From an uncultured Bacteroidales bacterium (GTDB lineage: Bacteria > Bacteroidota > Bacteroidia > Bacteroidales > F082), in assembly GCA_946610645.1 (NCBI GenBank), contig CAMOCK010000045.1, positions 1 to 42,620 on the forward strand: a DNA stretch of 42,620 nt. The letters run 5' to 3'. The translations under genes and the position numbers were made by a program. The notes under the pieces are model-generated. The model did no database searches. It was not told the origin of the DNA and saw nothing but the letters and a program-made list of their open reading frames with translations. Of the stretch, positions 35,008 to 42,488 are shown in pieces (position 1 is the stretch's first letter; the number at the start of each line of letters is the position of its first letter).

Positions 35008-35799
35008 ATGAATATGAAAAAGAACAAGTCATTCTGGGCCATTGTGTTGCCGTTTTTAGCGGCGATGGCCAGCTCGTGCGTTGCTCCCAAAGATGTTCGC
35101 TATCTTCAGGACATGGAGCAAAAACGCGTTGTTGCGCTGAACCGTAAGTTTGAGGCTGTCATCAGTCCTTCAGACATTTTAAGTATTAGTGTCCATAATG
35201 ACAATATGGACAACGAATTGGCCAACCCGTTTAACCAAGGCAGGGGTGGGGCAGGAACTTCCGGTAATTCTGGCTCGGGCTACCTCGTTGATGTGAATGG
35301 CGACATCGAGATGCCGGTTCTCGGTCATCTTCATGTGGCCGGTTTGACACGTCTCCAATTGATAGACACCATCAGGCGCCGCTTGACGGAAGAGTCGTAC
35401 ATGGGCAAGCCGAGGGTCGATGTCAGATTCTCGAATTTCAAGATTTACATACTGAATGCTGAAGGCGGTAGTTCCATCTCCATAAACAACGAGCGTTGCA
35501 CTTTGCTGGAAGCCCTTGCGCTTTCGGGTGCCGCCGATCTCTACACACGGAGAGACAAGATTGGCGTGTTGCGTGAAGTGGATGGCAAGATGACGCTTCG
35601 CTACCTCGACCCGCGTTCCTCGGAGGTGTTTGAAGATCCTTTCTTCATGCTTCAGCAAAACGACATCATCCTCACGGATCCGTTCAGAAGTATTTATTTC
35701 AAGCAATGGCTGAACTCAGGATGGTCGGTGGTGGCTACCATCATGTCGGTGGTCACTTCGGGTTTGGCAATTTATGCTTTGATTAAGAATAATAAATGA
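35008..35799 (+). CDS. wza: Polysaccharide export outer-membrane lipoprotein (Wza family, Poly_export + SLBB)
   Basis: 263 aa. Lipoprotein signal ...FLAAMASSC, DILSISVHN, GDIEMPVLGHLHVAGLT..QL, C-terminal TM helix. Confidence 0.85.
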   Translation: MNMKKNKSFWAIVLPFLAAMASSCVAPKDVRYLQDMEQKRVVALNRKFEAVISPSDILSISVHNDNMDNELANPFNQGRGGAGTSGNSGSGYLVDVNGDIEMPVLGHLHVAGLTRLQLIDTIRRRLTEESYMGKPRVDVRFSNFKIYILNAEGGSSISINNERCTLLEALALSGAADLYTRRDKIGVLREVDGKMTLRYLDPRSSEVFEDPFFMLQQNDIILTDPFRSIYFKQWLNSGWSVVATIMSVVTSGLAIYALIKNNK

Positions 35800-35817
35800 T
35801 AATAACGGTAATTCACT

Positions 35818-38322
35818 ATGGCAAAAGTAACTATAGACAACGGTAGCAACGATCAGGTTTTTGCTGAAGAGGAAAACGGTGGCGGTATCCAGATCATGGA
35901 AATCCTGTGGCTCGTTTTGCGCAACCTCCATTGGCTGGTGCTTTGCGCGGCGATAGGTGGCCTGTATTCCTATTACAAAGTGCGCGGCGAGCAACGGTTG
36001 TATTCCAGCGGGGCATCAATCATGATCAAGACCAACGCCGATGTGGGTACAGATTCCGACCGTGCTTCGTCGCTCGTGAACCAATTGACAGGTTCGGTCA
36101 CCATCAGCTCCATCAACAACGAAATCATGATCTTGAAGTCGCGAACCTTGATGGAACGTGTGGTCCGCGATTTAGGCATCAACCAGAATTACAGTTCCAT
36201 AAGTAAAATGGCCCATCGTAGGAACGACCTTTACAAGACAACGCCAGTGCTGTTGGATTTGCTTGATGCAGGCGATGCCATGTCGATTGTGTTGAAAATT
36301 AAACCCATCAACGATTCAGAGGTGGAGATTTCTGGTTTCGCCGACGGGCAACAACTGGTGGTAAAGACGGGCGACACGGTGATTTCGCCTGTAGGCAGGA
36401 TAGTCGCCACTTTTACCCAGTTCTACAATTCGGGTTACAACGACCAAGTCATTGACTTTAGACGTTCTTCGGTGGCTTCTGTTGCCAATGGTTATCGTGG
36501 CCGTGTGAATGTTACGCGTGACGACCCTAAGAACACGATATTGCGGCTCTCGCTCACCGACACTTCCCCGATGCGTGCCGCCGATATACTCAACACACTC
36601 ATCACTGTCTATAACGACGACGCTGTGGCCGACCAAGAGCGCATCCTCGATTACTCCTACGAGTTCATCAACGAGCGTATCGCCAATCTTGGTGGCGACC
36701 TCGACTCCATCCATCAACAAGTGGCCTCGTTCAAGCGTAGCAACAACCTCATCAGCCTAGGCAACTACGGACAATCGTATGTGGCTGCTAGCGCTGAGGA
36801 ATCCAGCAAACTCGCCCAACTGACCAACCAAAGGGAATATCTGCGCAGCATCGTGACATTCATTGAAGAAATCGATGAGAGCTCGATGATTCCTGTCGGC
36901 AATGTCGATGGGGAAGCCTCTGGGCTCATCACGCAATACAACAACAATGTCATCAGGTTGGAGAAATACGACGAAAACGACCGCAACAATCCTGCTGTGA
37001 CCAAATTGTTGGACCAACAGGAGATCCTGAAAAACAGCATCCTGTCGTCCATAGCTATCCGACTTTCCATGCTTGATGACAAAATTGATGTGGCCCGTCG
37101 TAACAAGAATCTTGCTGAAGCCCAAGTGCGTGCCGTTCCCGAAAGGCAGATAGAGATCAGTTCGGTGGAGCAAATGCGAGGCATCAAAGAACAGCTTTAC
37201 CTTACCTTGCTAACCAAGCGCGAGGAATTGCTTCTGAACAAACCCAAGCTTGAATCCATGGCCAAAGTGATTGACGTGGCCTCGCCCAATTTCGGCCCCA
37301 TCGCACCCAACGAGAAGCAAAGAACCACTCGCGGCATTTTGATTGGATTGGCTATCCCGTTAGCCATCATTCTGCTCAGCAAGTTCCTCGACTCACGCAT
37401 ACACTCGCGTCGCGATGTGGAAAAAGGAACCAAGGCTCCCTATCTCGGCGACATCCCGTTGAAGAAAGACCTCGAACAGCACACCGTTGTGGTGAAAGAT
37501 TTCAGTCGCGACCCCGTTTCGGAAGCTTTCAGGCTCGTCAGGTCGAACATGGAATACATGAAAAACAAGGATTCGAAAAGCCAAGTGGTATTGTTCACTT
37601 CGTTCTTCGTTTCGTCGGGAAAGACGTTTGTCTCCACCAATCTTGCCAGCAGTTTTGCCTTGGGAGGGAAACGCTGCGTTTTTGTGGACTTGGACATCCG
37701 TAAGGGTACGGCAACAAAGGTGTTTGGCGTGAAAAACAGGATGGGCGTGTCAAACTACCTTTCGGGGAAGACCGACGACTTCAACGACATCATTTGGGCT
37801 AACGAACATGTGCCAGGCTTGGATGTCATATTCTCGGGCCCCGTTCCGCCCAATCCAGCCGAGCTTCTGATGAGTGATAGATTGGATACCCTCATTGAGT
37901 ATCTCAAGCAACACTACGAGTACATCTTCCTCGATTGTGTGCCTCTCGGTTTGGTGGCCGATGTAGATATAGTGAAGCGATTGGCTGACCTCACCGTGTT
38001 TGTGCTCCGTGCCGAAAAAATCAACAAGAATATGCTGCCCGAGCTTGACAAGATATACAAGGGCGAGAAACTGCCCAATCTTGCCATCGTGCTTAATGGT
38101 GTCAAACACAAGAAACGTCGCGGCTATGGCTACGGCGGTTACGGTTACGGCTATGGCGGTTACGGTTACGGCTACGGCGGTTACGGTTACGGCTATGGCG
38201 GTTACGGTTACGGCTACGGTTATGGTTATGGTTATGGCAACGAAACCGAAAACGAAAACAAGAAGAAAAAAATCAGACTCAGGAAGAAACACAAGAAAGA
38301 CCAGACCAGTAACGACGTATGA
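35818..38322 (+). CDS. wzc: Wzc-type polysaccharide co-polymerase / BY-kinase (tyrosine autokinase) with extended Gly-Tyr tail
   Basis: 834 aa. N-terminal Wzz-like domain with 2 TM. Kinase domain FTSFFVSSGKTFVSTNLA (Walker A), LDCVPLG (Walker B region). C-terminal Y cluster. Confidence 0.9.
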   Translation: MAKVTIDNGSNDQVFAEEENGGGIQIMEILWLVLRNLHWLVLCAAIGGLYSYYKVRGEQRLYSSGASIMIKTNADVGTDSDRASSLVNQLTGSVTISSINNEIMILKSRTLMERVVRDLGINQNYSSISKMAHRRNDLYKTTPVLLDLLDAGDAMSIVLKIKPINDSEVEISGFADGQQLVVKTGDTVISPVGRIVATFTQFYNSGYNDQVIDFRRSSVASVANGYRGRVNVTRDDPKNTILRLSLTDTSPMRAADILNTLITVYNDDAVADQERILDYSYEFINERIANLGGDLDSIHQQVASFKRSNNLISLGNYGQSYVAASAEESSKLAQLTNQREYLRSIVTFIEEIDESSMIPVGNVDGEASGLITQYNNNVIRLEKYDENDRNNPAVTKLLDQQEILKNSILSSIAIRLSMLDDKIDVARRNKNLAEAQVRAVPERQIEISSVEQMRGIKEQLYLTLLTKREELLLNKPKLESMAKVIDVASPNFGPIAPNEKQRTTRGILIGLAIPLAIILLSKFLDSRIHSRRDVEKGTKAPYLGDIPLKKDLEQHTVVVKDFSRDPVSEAFRLVRSNMEYMKNKDSKSQVVLFTSFFVSSGKTFVSTNLASSFALGGKRCVFVDLDIRKGTATKVFGVKNRMGVSNYLSGKTDDFNDIIWANEHVPGLDVIFSGPVPPNPAELLMSDRLDTLIEYLKQHYEYIFLDCVPLGLVADVDIVKRLADLTVFVLRAEKINKNMLPELDKIYKGEKLPNLAIVLNGVKHKKRRGYGYGGYGYGYGGYGYGYGGYGYGYGGYGYGYGYGYGYGNETENENKKKKIRLRKKHKKDQTSNDV
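38122..38238 (+). repeat. Coding tandem repeat: 39 codons of pure Gly/Tyr (17 Tyr) built mainly from a 21-nt unit GGTTACGGTTACGGCTAYGGC
   Basis: Peptide GYGYG GYGYGYG GYGYGYG GYGYGYG GYGYGYGYGYGYG, counted directly, followed by a Lys-rich tail NETENENKKKKIRLRKKHKK. Confidence 0.95.
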
Positions 38323-39050
38323 TAGGCCTGTTCAGAACAAAATTGTCCCACGATTTCTTTCATGGGGCGTGTGACGTGCATTGCCACCTTCTCCCAGGTG
38401 TTGATGACGGATTCAAGACTGTCGAGGCATCGGTGGAGGCCTTGCGGTTGCTTGAGGATCATGGCATAGAGAGAATGGTGCTTACGCCTCATTTCATGAA
38501 AGAATATGCCGAAAACGATAGAGAAAGCATCTTGGCCAAGTTTGAGGCATTCAAGGCAGAGGCAGAAAAAGCGTGCAAAATCGAATTGCGACTCGCGGCG
38601 GAATACATGCTCGATGTCGGTTTCAGGAAGCATTTCAAGCAAGGGTTCCTAACTTTGGACAAAGGCGGTCGTAATGTGCTTTGCGAAACATCATACATGA
38701 TGTATGAACACGATGCCTTCGAAATGCTATACGAGATTATGTTGGAAGGCTATCAGCCGGTCATCGCCCATCCTGAGAGGTATGTGTATGCCTCGCAGAA
38801 GGATTACCAGAACTGGAAAGACAAGGACTATTTGTTTCAGCTCAACCTGCTTTCATTGGCAGGCGCCTATGGCGGCGAGGCGGTTGCCAAGGCGCATTAC
38901 ATGCTCGAAAAAGGAATGTACGATTTCGTGGGTTCCGACATGCACAATCTGGATAACTACAAGCGTTTCATGCCTCGGATCAAGTTGGGCAGGAAAGCGT
39001 TGGACCAATTGGGAATCCTGTTGGAGAACAACAGGAAATTGGTTTCCTGA
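38319..39050 (+). CDS. PHP-family protein-tyrosine phosphatase (CpsB/YwqE-like)
   Basis: 243 aa. DVHCHLLPGVDDG N-terminal motif and VIAHPERY. ATGA-coupled to wzc. Confidence 0.85.
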   Translation: MIGLFRTKLSHDFFHGACDVHCHLLPGVDDGFKTVEASVEALRLLEDHGIERMVLTPHFMKEYAENDRESILAKFEAFKAEAEKACKIELRLAAEYMLDVGFRKHFKQGFLTLDKGGRNVLCETSYMMYEHDAFEMLYEIMLEGYQPVIAHPERYVYASQKDYQNWKDKDYLFQLNLLSLAGAYGGEAVAKAHYMLEKGMYDFVGSDMHNLDNYKRFMPRIKLGRKALDQLGILLENNRKLVS

Positions 39051-39078
39051 CCCCATAAACCATAACGTCCCGAAAAGC

Positions 39079-39112
39079 AATCCCGATGACGAAAGTCGTC
39101 GGGATTTTTTGT
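39079..39112 (+). terminator. Rho-independent terminator closing the polysaccharide operon
   Basis: aatcccgatgac-gaaa-gtcgtcgggatt stem-loop (one G-U pair) followed by tttttgtt, 29 nt after the stop codon. Confidence 0.7.
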
Positions 39113-39361
39113 TGGCTGTCAGAACGAGTATGTATCTGTTCACACCGAACCTGCCTTTCCGATACAGCCATTGGGTTTGCTCCTTGCTGCCGCTTTGGTT
39201 GAAGCGGATGTCGCTGATGAAGACAGGCTGGTCGGCCAAGTTGCGTGCCTTGATGGCGATGGTTTTGGTTGGGGGCTGGGCATGGATGCTTAAAACTCCC
39301 ATAATAATGGTTGCTAATGCCAATAAACGCTTCATTTCATTGTGTCTTTTGTCCTTCGTTT

Positions 39362-39470
39362 CGGCAGGGGTTTGCACCTCCTGTCGTTTTTGTCGGCAGG
39401 GGTTTGCACCGCTTGCCGTTTTTTTTGTCGGCAGGGGTTGCATTTCATTTCACCCCTGCCTAATGTCCGT
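39362..39470. repeat. Three direct copies of CGGCAGGGGTT(T)GCA (starts 39362, 39394, 39429; spacing 32 and 35 bp) plus one inverted copy of the GGCAGGGG core (CCCCTGCC)
   Basis: Read directly. The third copy and the inverted core form an 8-bp stem separated by a 15-nt loop, just downstream of the minus-strand peptidase stop. Confidence 0.85.
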
Positions 39471-39485
39471 CGTCACTCCGTGACT

Positions 39486-41615
39486 TTATTTCAGGCCTCG
39501 TGCCTTCAGATAAGGCTCATAGGCAGGGTCTTGGCCACGGAACTTGCGGTATTGCACCATGCCTTCGTCGTTGCCGCATTCCTGCAGGCAGTTCTTGCGG
39601 AACGAGGCGGCCAGTTCGGGATTGAACAAATCGCCCGACGACTTGAAGTAGTTGAAGGCATCCTTGTCTAAAACCTCGGCCCAGGTGTAGGCATAATAGC
39701 CTGCGCTGTAGCCGCCGTTGAAGATGTGGCTGAAGTTGGTGCTGCGATAGCGGGGCAGGATTTCGGGCATCAGGCCGATGGCGTCCATCTGTTCTTTTTC
39801 GAAGGCATCCACGTCGAGGTCTTTCACTTCGGTCAGTTCGTGGAACTTCATGTCGAGGATGGAGGCGGCGATGAGTTCGGTGGTCATGAAGCCTTGGTTG
39901 AACAATGCGCTGTTCTCAATCTTCGTGATGAGGCTGTCGGGCATCACGTCGCCGGTCTGGTAGTGCTTGGCGAACATGCGGATGACTTCAGGCTCGGCCA
40001 CCCAGTTCTCCATGATCTGCGAAGGCAGTTCCACATAGTCGCGGGGCACGCTGCCGCAGGTGCGCGAGTAGAGGCCGTCGCTGAAGAAAGCGTGCAGCGA
40101 GTGCCCAAACTCGTGCCACATCGTCTCGGTTTCGTCCCAAGTGAGCAGGGCAGGGGTGTCGCCTGTGGCAGGGGTGAAGTTCATCACGAGCGAGACGACG
40201 GGATAGATCTTGTTGCCCTCGATGTCGTGGCCGCTCTCGCGGAAGCTGGTGCACCACGCGCCCCCGCTCTTCGACTCGCGCGGGAAGTAGTCCATGTAAA
40301 GAATGCCGAGGAAGTCGCCGTTGGCTTCTTTCACCTCATAGGTTTCCACGCCAGGATAATAGACGGGCAAGTTGGTATTTTGCGTGAAAGTAATTCCGTA
40401 CAACTTGTTGGCAGCCATGAACATACCATTTCGCACGTTGTCAACGGTGAGGTAAGGCTTGATTTGGTTCTCGTCGAAGGCGTATTTGGCCTTGCGGAGC
40501 TTTTCGGCGTAGTACCACCAGTCCCAGCCTTCGAGTTTGAAATCGTCACCTTCGGCTTTGGCGATGGCTTGCATTTCGGCGAGTTCGCGTTTGGCCAGTT
40601 TGTGCGCAGGGTTGAAGATGTCGATGAGGAACTTATCGACGGTGGCGGCGTCTTTGGCCATATTGACGTCCAGGATGTAGTTGGCGTGGTTGTCGAAGCC
40701 CATCAGTTGGGCCTTTTGCACGCGCAGTTTCAGCATCTCGTTGATGAGGGTTTTGTTGTCGTACTCGTTGCCGTTGTCGCCACGGTTGTAGTAGGCCTTG
40801 TACATCTGTTCGCGCAAATCACGTTTCTCGGAGAATTGCAGGAAGGGGATGAGGCTGGGCTTTGAGAGTGTGAAAACCCATTTGCCTTCCATTCCATCAT
40901 TCTTGGCTTGCTCGGCGGCGGCGTCGATGCTGGTTTTGGGCAGGCCGGCAAGGTCTTCCTTGTTCTCGATGACGAGTTTGAATCCTGCGTTCTCTTTCAG
41001 CAAATTGTTGCCGAATTGCAGGCTCAAAGTCGAGAGTTGTTCGTTGATTTTGCTCAATTCGGCTTGTTTGTCGGCGGGCAGGCCTGCGCCGCTGCGCACA
41101 AAGTCCTTGTAGTATTTCTCCACCACGCGGATTTGCTGGTCGTCGAGGCCCATGTCGTTGCGGTGCTGATACACATAGTCGATGCGCTCGAAAAGCTTCG
41201 GGTTCATCATGATGGCGTCGCCGTGCTTCGAGAGCATGGGCAGCACCTGCTCGGCAATGGCGTTCATCTCGTCGTTGGTGAGGCACTCGTTGAGGTTGAA
41301 GAACACGTTGCTGACGCGGTCGAGGGTTTGTCCCGACTTGTCGAAGGGCAAAATGGTATTCTCGAAAGTCGGGGTTTCGGTACTGTTTGCAATGGTCTCG
41401 ATTTCAGCCTGTTGCTCTTTGATACCCGCCTCAAAAGCAGGCAGATAGTGCTCGTTCTTGATTTGGTCGAACGGCGGCACTTGGAAGGGCGTCGTGTATT
41501 CCGTGAGGAATGGATTTTTAGGCTCGGCCTCGGTCTTAGGCTCGTTTTTCGTGCTGCACGAGGCCAATGTGATTACGCTTAAAGCGATCATGTTGATGAG
41601 TTTTTTGGACATCAT
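39486..41615 (-). CDS. dcp: M3-family zinc metallopeptidase (peptidyl-dipeptidase Dcp / oligopeptidase A-like), lipoprotein
   Basis: 709 aa. HEFGHSLH (HExxH), M3-typical C-terminal region, N-terminal signal ending LASC. Confidence 0.85.
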   Translation of the reverse strand: MMSKKLINMIALSVITLASCSTKNEPKTEAEPKNPFLTEYTTPFQVPPFDQIKNEHYLPAFEAGIKEQQAEIETIANSTETPTFENTILPFDKSGQTLDRVSNVFFNLNECLTNDEMNAIAEQVLPMLSKHGDAIMMNPKLFERIDYVYQHRNDMGLDDQQIRVVEKYYKDFVRSGAGLPADKQAELSKINEQLSTLSLQFGNNLLKENAGFKLVIENKEDLAGLPKTSIDAAAEQAKNDGMEGKWVFTLSKPSLIPFLQFSEKRDLREQMYKAYYNRGDNGNEYDNKTLINEMLKLRVQKAQLMGFDNHANYILDVNMAKDAATVDKFLIDIFNPAHKLAKRELAEMQAIAKAEGDDFKLEGWDWWYYAEKLRKAKYAFDENQIKPYLTVDNVRNGMFMAANKLYGITFTQNTNLPVYYPGVETYEVKEANGDFLGILYMDYFPRESKSGGAWCTSFRESGHDIEGNKIYPVVSLVMNFTPATGDTPALLTWDETETMWHEFGHSLHAFFSDGLYSRTCGSVPRDYVELPSQIMENWVAEPEVIRMFAKHYQTGDVMPDSLITKIENSALFNQGFMTTELIAASILDMKFHELTEVKDLDVDAFEKEQMDAIGLMPEILPRYRSTNFSHIFNGGYSAGYYAYTWAEVLDKDAFNYFKSSGDLFNPELAASFRKNCLQECGNDEGMVQYRKFRGQDPAYEPYLKARGLK

Positions 41616-41645
41616 AGTTAGTTTTTTGTGTTGCTAATTTTGCCG

Positions 41646-41653
41646 CAAAGATA
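41646..41653 (-). promoter_or_regulatory. TAnnTTTG -7 box (TATCTTTG on the minus strand) for the peptidase gene
   Basis: Plus-strand caaagata at 41646-41653, ending 30 nt upstream of the minus-strand ATG at 41615. Confidence 0.45.
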
Positions 41654-41725
41654 CTGCTTTAATGAAGCACAAGGGCCGGCGAACAAAAAAAACCACCAAA
41701 AAACTTGCAAAATGTTTTTTTTGTC

Positions 41726-41733
41726 GTATATTT
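41726..41733 (+). promoter_or_regulatory. TAnnTTTG -7 box (TATATTTG) driving plus-strand transcription into the 41.74-42.09 kb GC-rich region
   Basis: Exact consensus match preceded by a T-rich stretch containing TTTG, and divergent from the peptidase promoter. Confidence 0.45.
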
Positions 41734-41741
41734 GCAGCCTA

Positions 41742-42090
41742 AAACGACAACGACCCGTGAAACGCATGGCAGAAATACTATCCCGTTTCCTCCGAGCCGC
41801 TATCGCAAGATGGACACTCGCAGGCGTTGTGTTTCCCTATCCCTCCACAATCTTCCAGCCGTCTGACAACAAACGATTTACAGAGGGAGGCATGAAGCAG
41901 GGCAGGCGATGGTGTTGCCTTGCCACCGAACTAAGACGGTTGGGGAAGAACAAGTTCATTGAACCAGCTGTCCCGCCATTGCACAGGCTGCCGTTGGCGG
42001 GGCGAATCCGAAACATAGGCGGTGAGACAACAAGACACCCTTGAATCGCAAGGCAAAACGACGAGGGAAGCGCGAGAGGCCAACACAAGT
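41742..42090 (+). ncRNA. Candidate structured RNA or long 5' leader (unclassified)
   Basis: A roughly 350-nt GC-rich segment between AT-rich flanks and downstream of a consensus promoter. Long-range 10-bp helix ccagccgtct (41855-41864)/agacggttgg (41934-41943). 9-bp hairpin gtcccgcca (41970-41978)/tggcggggc (41995-42003). I recognised no known RNA family signature. Confidence 0.3.
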
Positions 42091-42140
42091 TAATTAGATA
42101 ATTAGAAAATATCTTTAATCATCCTTAATCAACACGCATT

Positions 42141-42332
42141 ATGAAACGACCAGTAGTTAGGCATTTTTTTGCAAGTGCCACGGGAGGAGCAATTGCCTTT
42201 CTCATCCTATTTCTTATAAATAAGGGAGAATCAAATGGGTTAATCAAGTCAATTTGTTTAGGACTGGGATGCGCCATAGGTGTTTTTCTTGCTTTCCGTA
42301 TCAAATCAAGACTTGGAAAAACTGATATTTGA
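42141..42332 (+). CDS. Small (63 aa) two-TM membrane protein, function unknown
   Basis: ATG ORF with two clear hydrophobic spans (GGAIAFLILFLI; ICLGLGCAIGVFLAF) and basic ends, followed by a terminator. Confidence 0.5.
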   Translation: MKRPVVRHFFASATGGAIAFLILFLINKGESNGLIKSICLGLGCAIGVFLAFRIKSRLGKTDI

Positions 42333-42357
42333 AAGATGTGTCAAGATAAGAACGGTC

Positions 42358-42392
42358 GAAACGCCAGCCCAACCGCTGGCGTTTCTTATTTT
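42358..42392 (+). terminator. Rho-independent terminator
   Basis: acgccagc-ccaacc-gctggcgt hairpin (42361-42382) followed by ttcttatttt. Confidence 0.7.
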
Positions 42393-42454
42393 GCCAATAT
42401 GCTTGTTATAAGCCAAAAAAGTTTTTCTTTTTTGCTTGCATAAAAGAAAATCAT

Positions 42455-42462
42455 TACTTTTG
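42455..42462 (+). promoter_or_regulatory. TAnnTTTG -7 box (TACTTTTG)
   Basis: Exact consensus match ending 26 nt upstream of the ATG at 42489. Confidence 0.45.
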
Positions 42463-42488
42463 TAAGTCGTTTTGAAAGAAAAACTATT

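Noticed and set aside
35818-38322. Possible frameshift or fusion in the long Wzc ORF because of the repetitive 3' end
   Set aside because: The reading frame is continuous through the repeat. The kinase motifs precede it and the Lys-rich tail and stop follow in frame, so nothing suggests a disruption.
39726-40865. 379-aa plus-strand ORF, together with similar long antisense ORFs at 12928-13626, 19098-19898, 25446-26327, 28513-29217 and 30012-31001
   Set aside because: All are antisense to genes with clear family motifs (M3 peptidase, GT2, FemAB-like, DUF354, FabD). They have low-complexity V/G/A/H/E-rich translations and no motifs. I treat them as shadow ORFs.
41628-42044. 138-aa plus-strand ORF as a protein-coding gene
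   Set aside because: It starts upstream of its own putative promoter. It is Arg/Cys/Pro-rich with rare-looking codons compared with its neighbours and has no recognisable domain. I kept it only as an alternative explanation in the finding for this region.
41930-42060. Partial resemblance to a cobalamin riboswitch core (GGGGAAG ... GCTGTCCCGCCATTGCA versus the AGGGAAG ... GGTCCCGCCACTGTA I remember)
   Set aside because: The GGTGnnAAnTCC element, the GCCACTG motif and the B12 box (AGYCAGGAGACCTGCC-like) are absent. The GTCCCGCCA segment instead pairs locally with TGGCGGGGC. The downstream gene has no B12-related function.
41742-42090. RNase P RNA, tmRNA, SRP RNA or 6S RNA as the identity of the GC-rich region
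   Set aside because: On either strand I found no GAGGAAAGTCC / ACAGAAnCCCGGCTTA (RNase P), no tag-ORF or tRNA-like GGTTCGA..CCACCA end (tmRNA), and no GGAAGCAGCC-type SRP motif. The 5' and 3' ends are not complementary as in 6S RNA.
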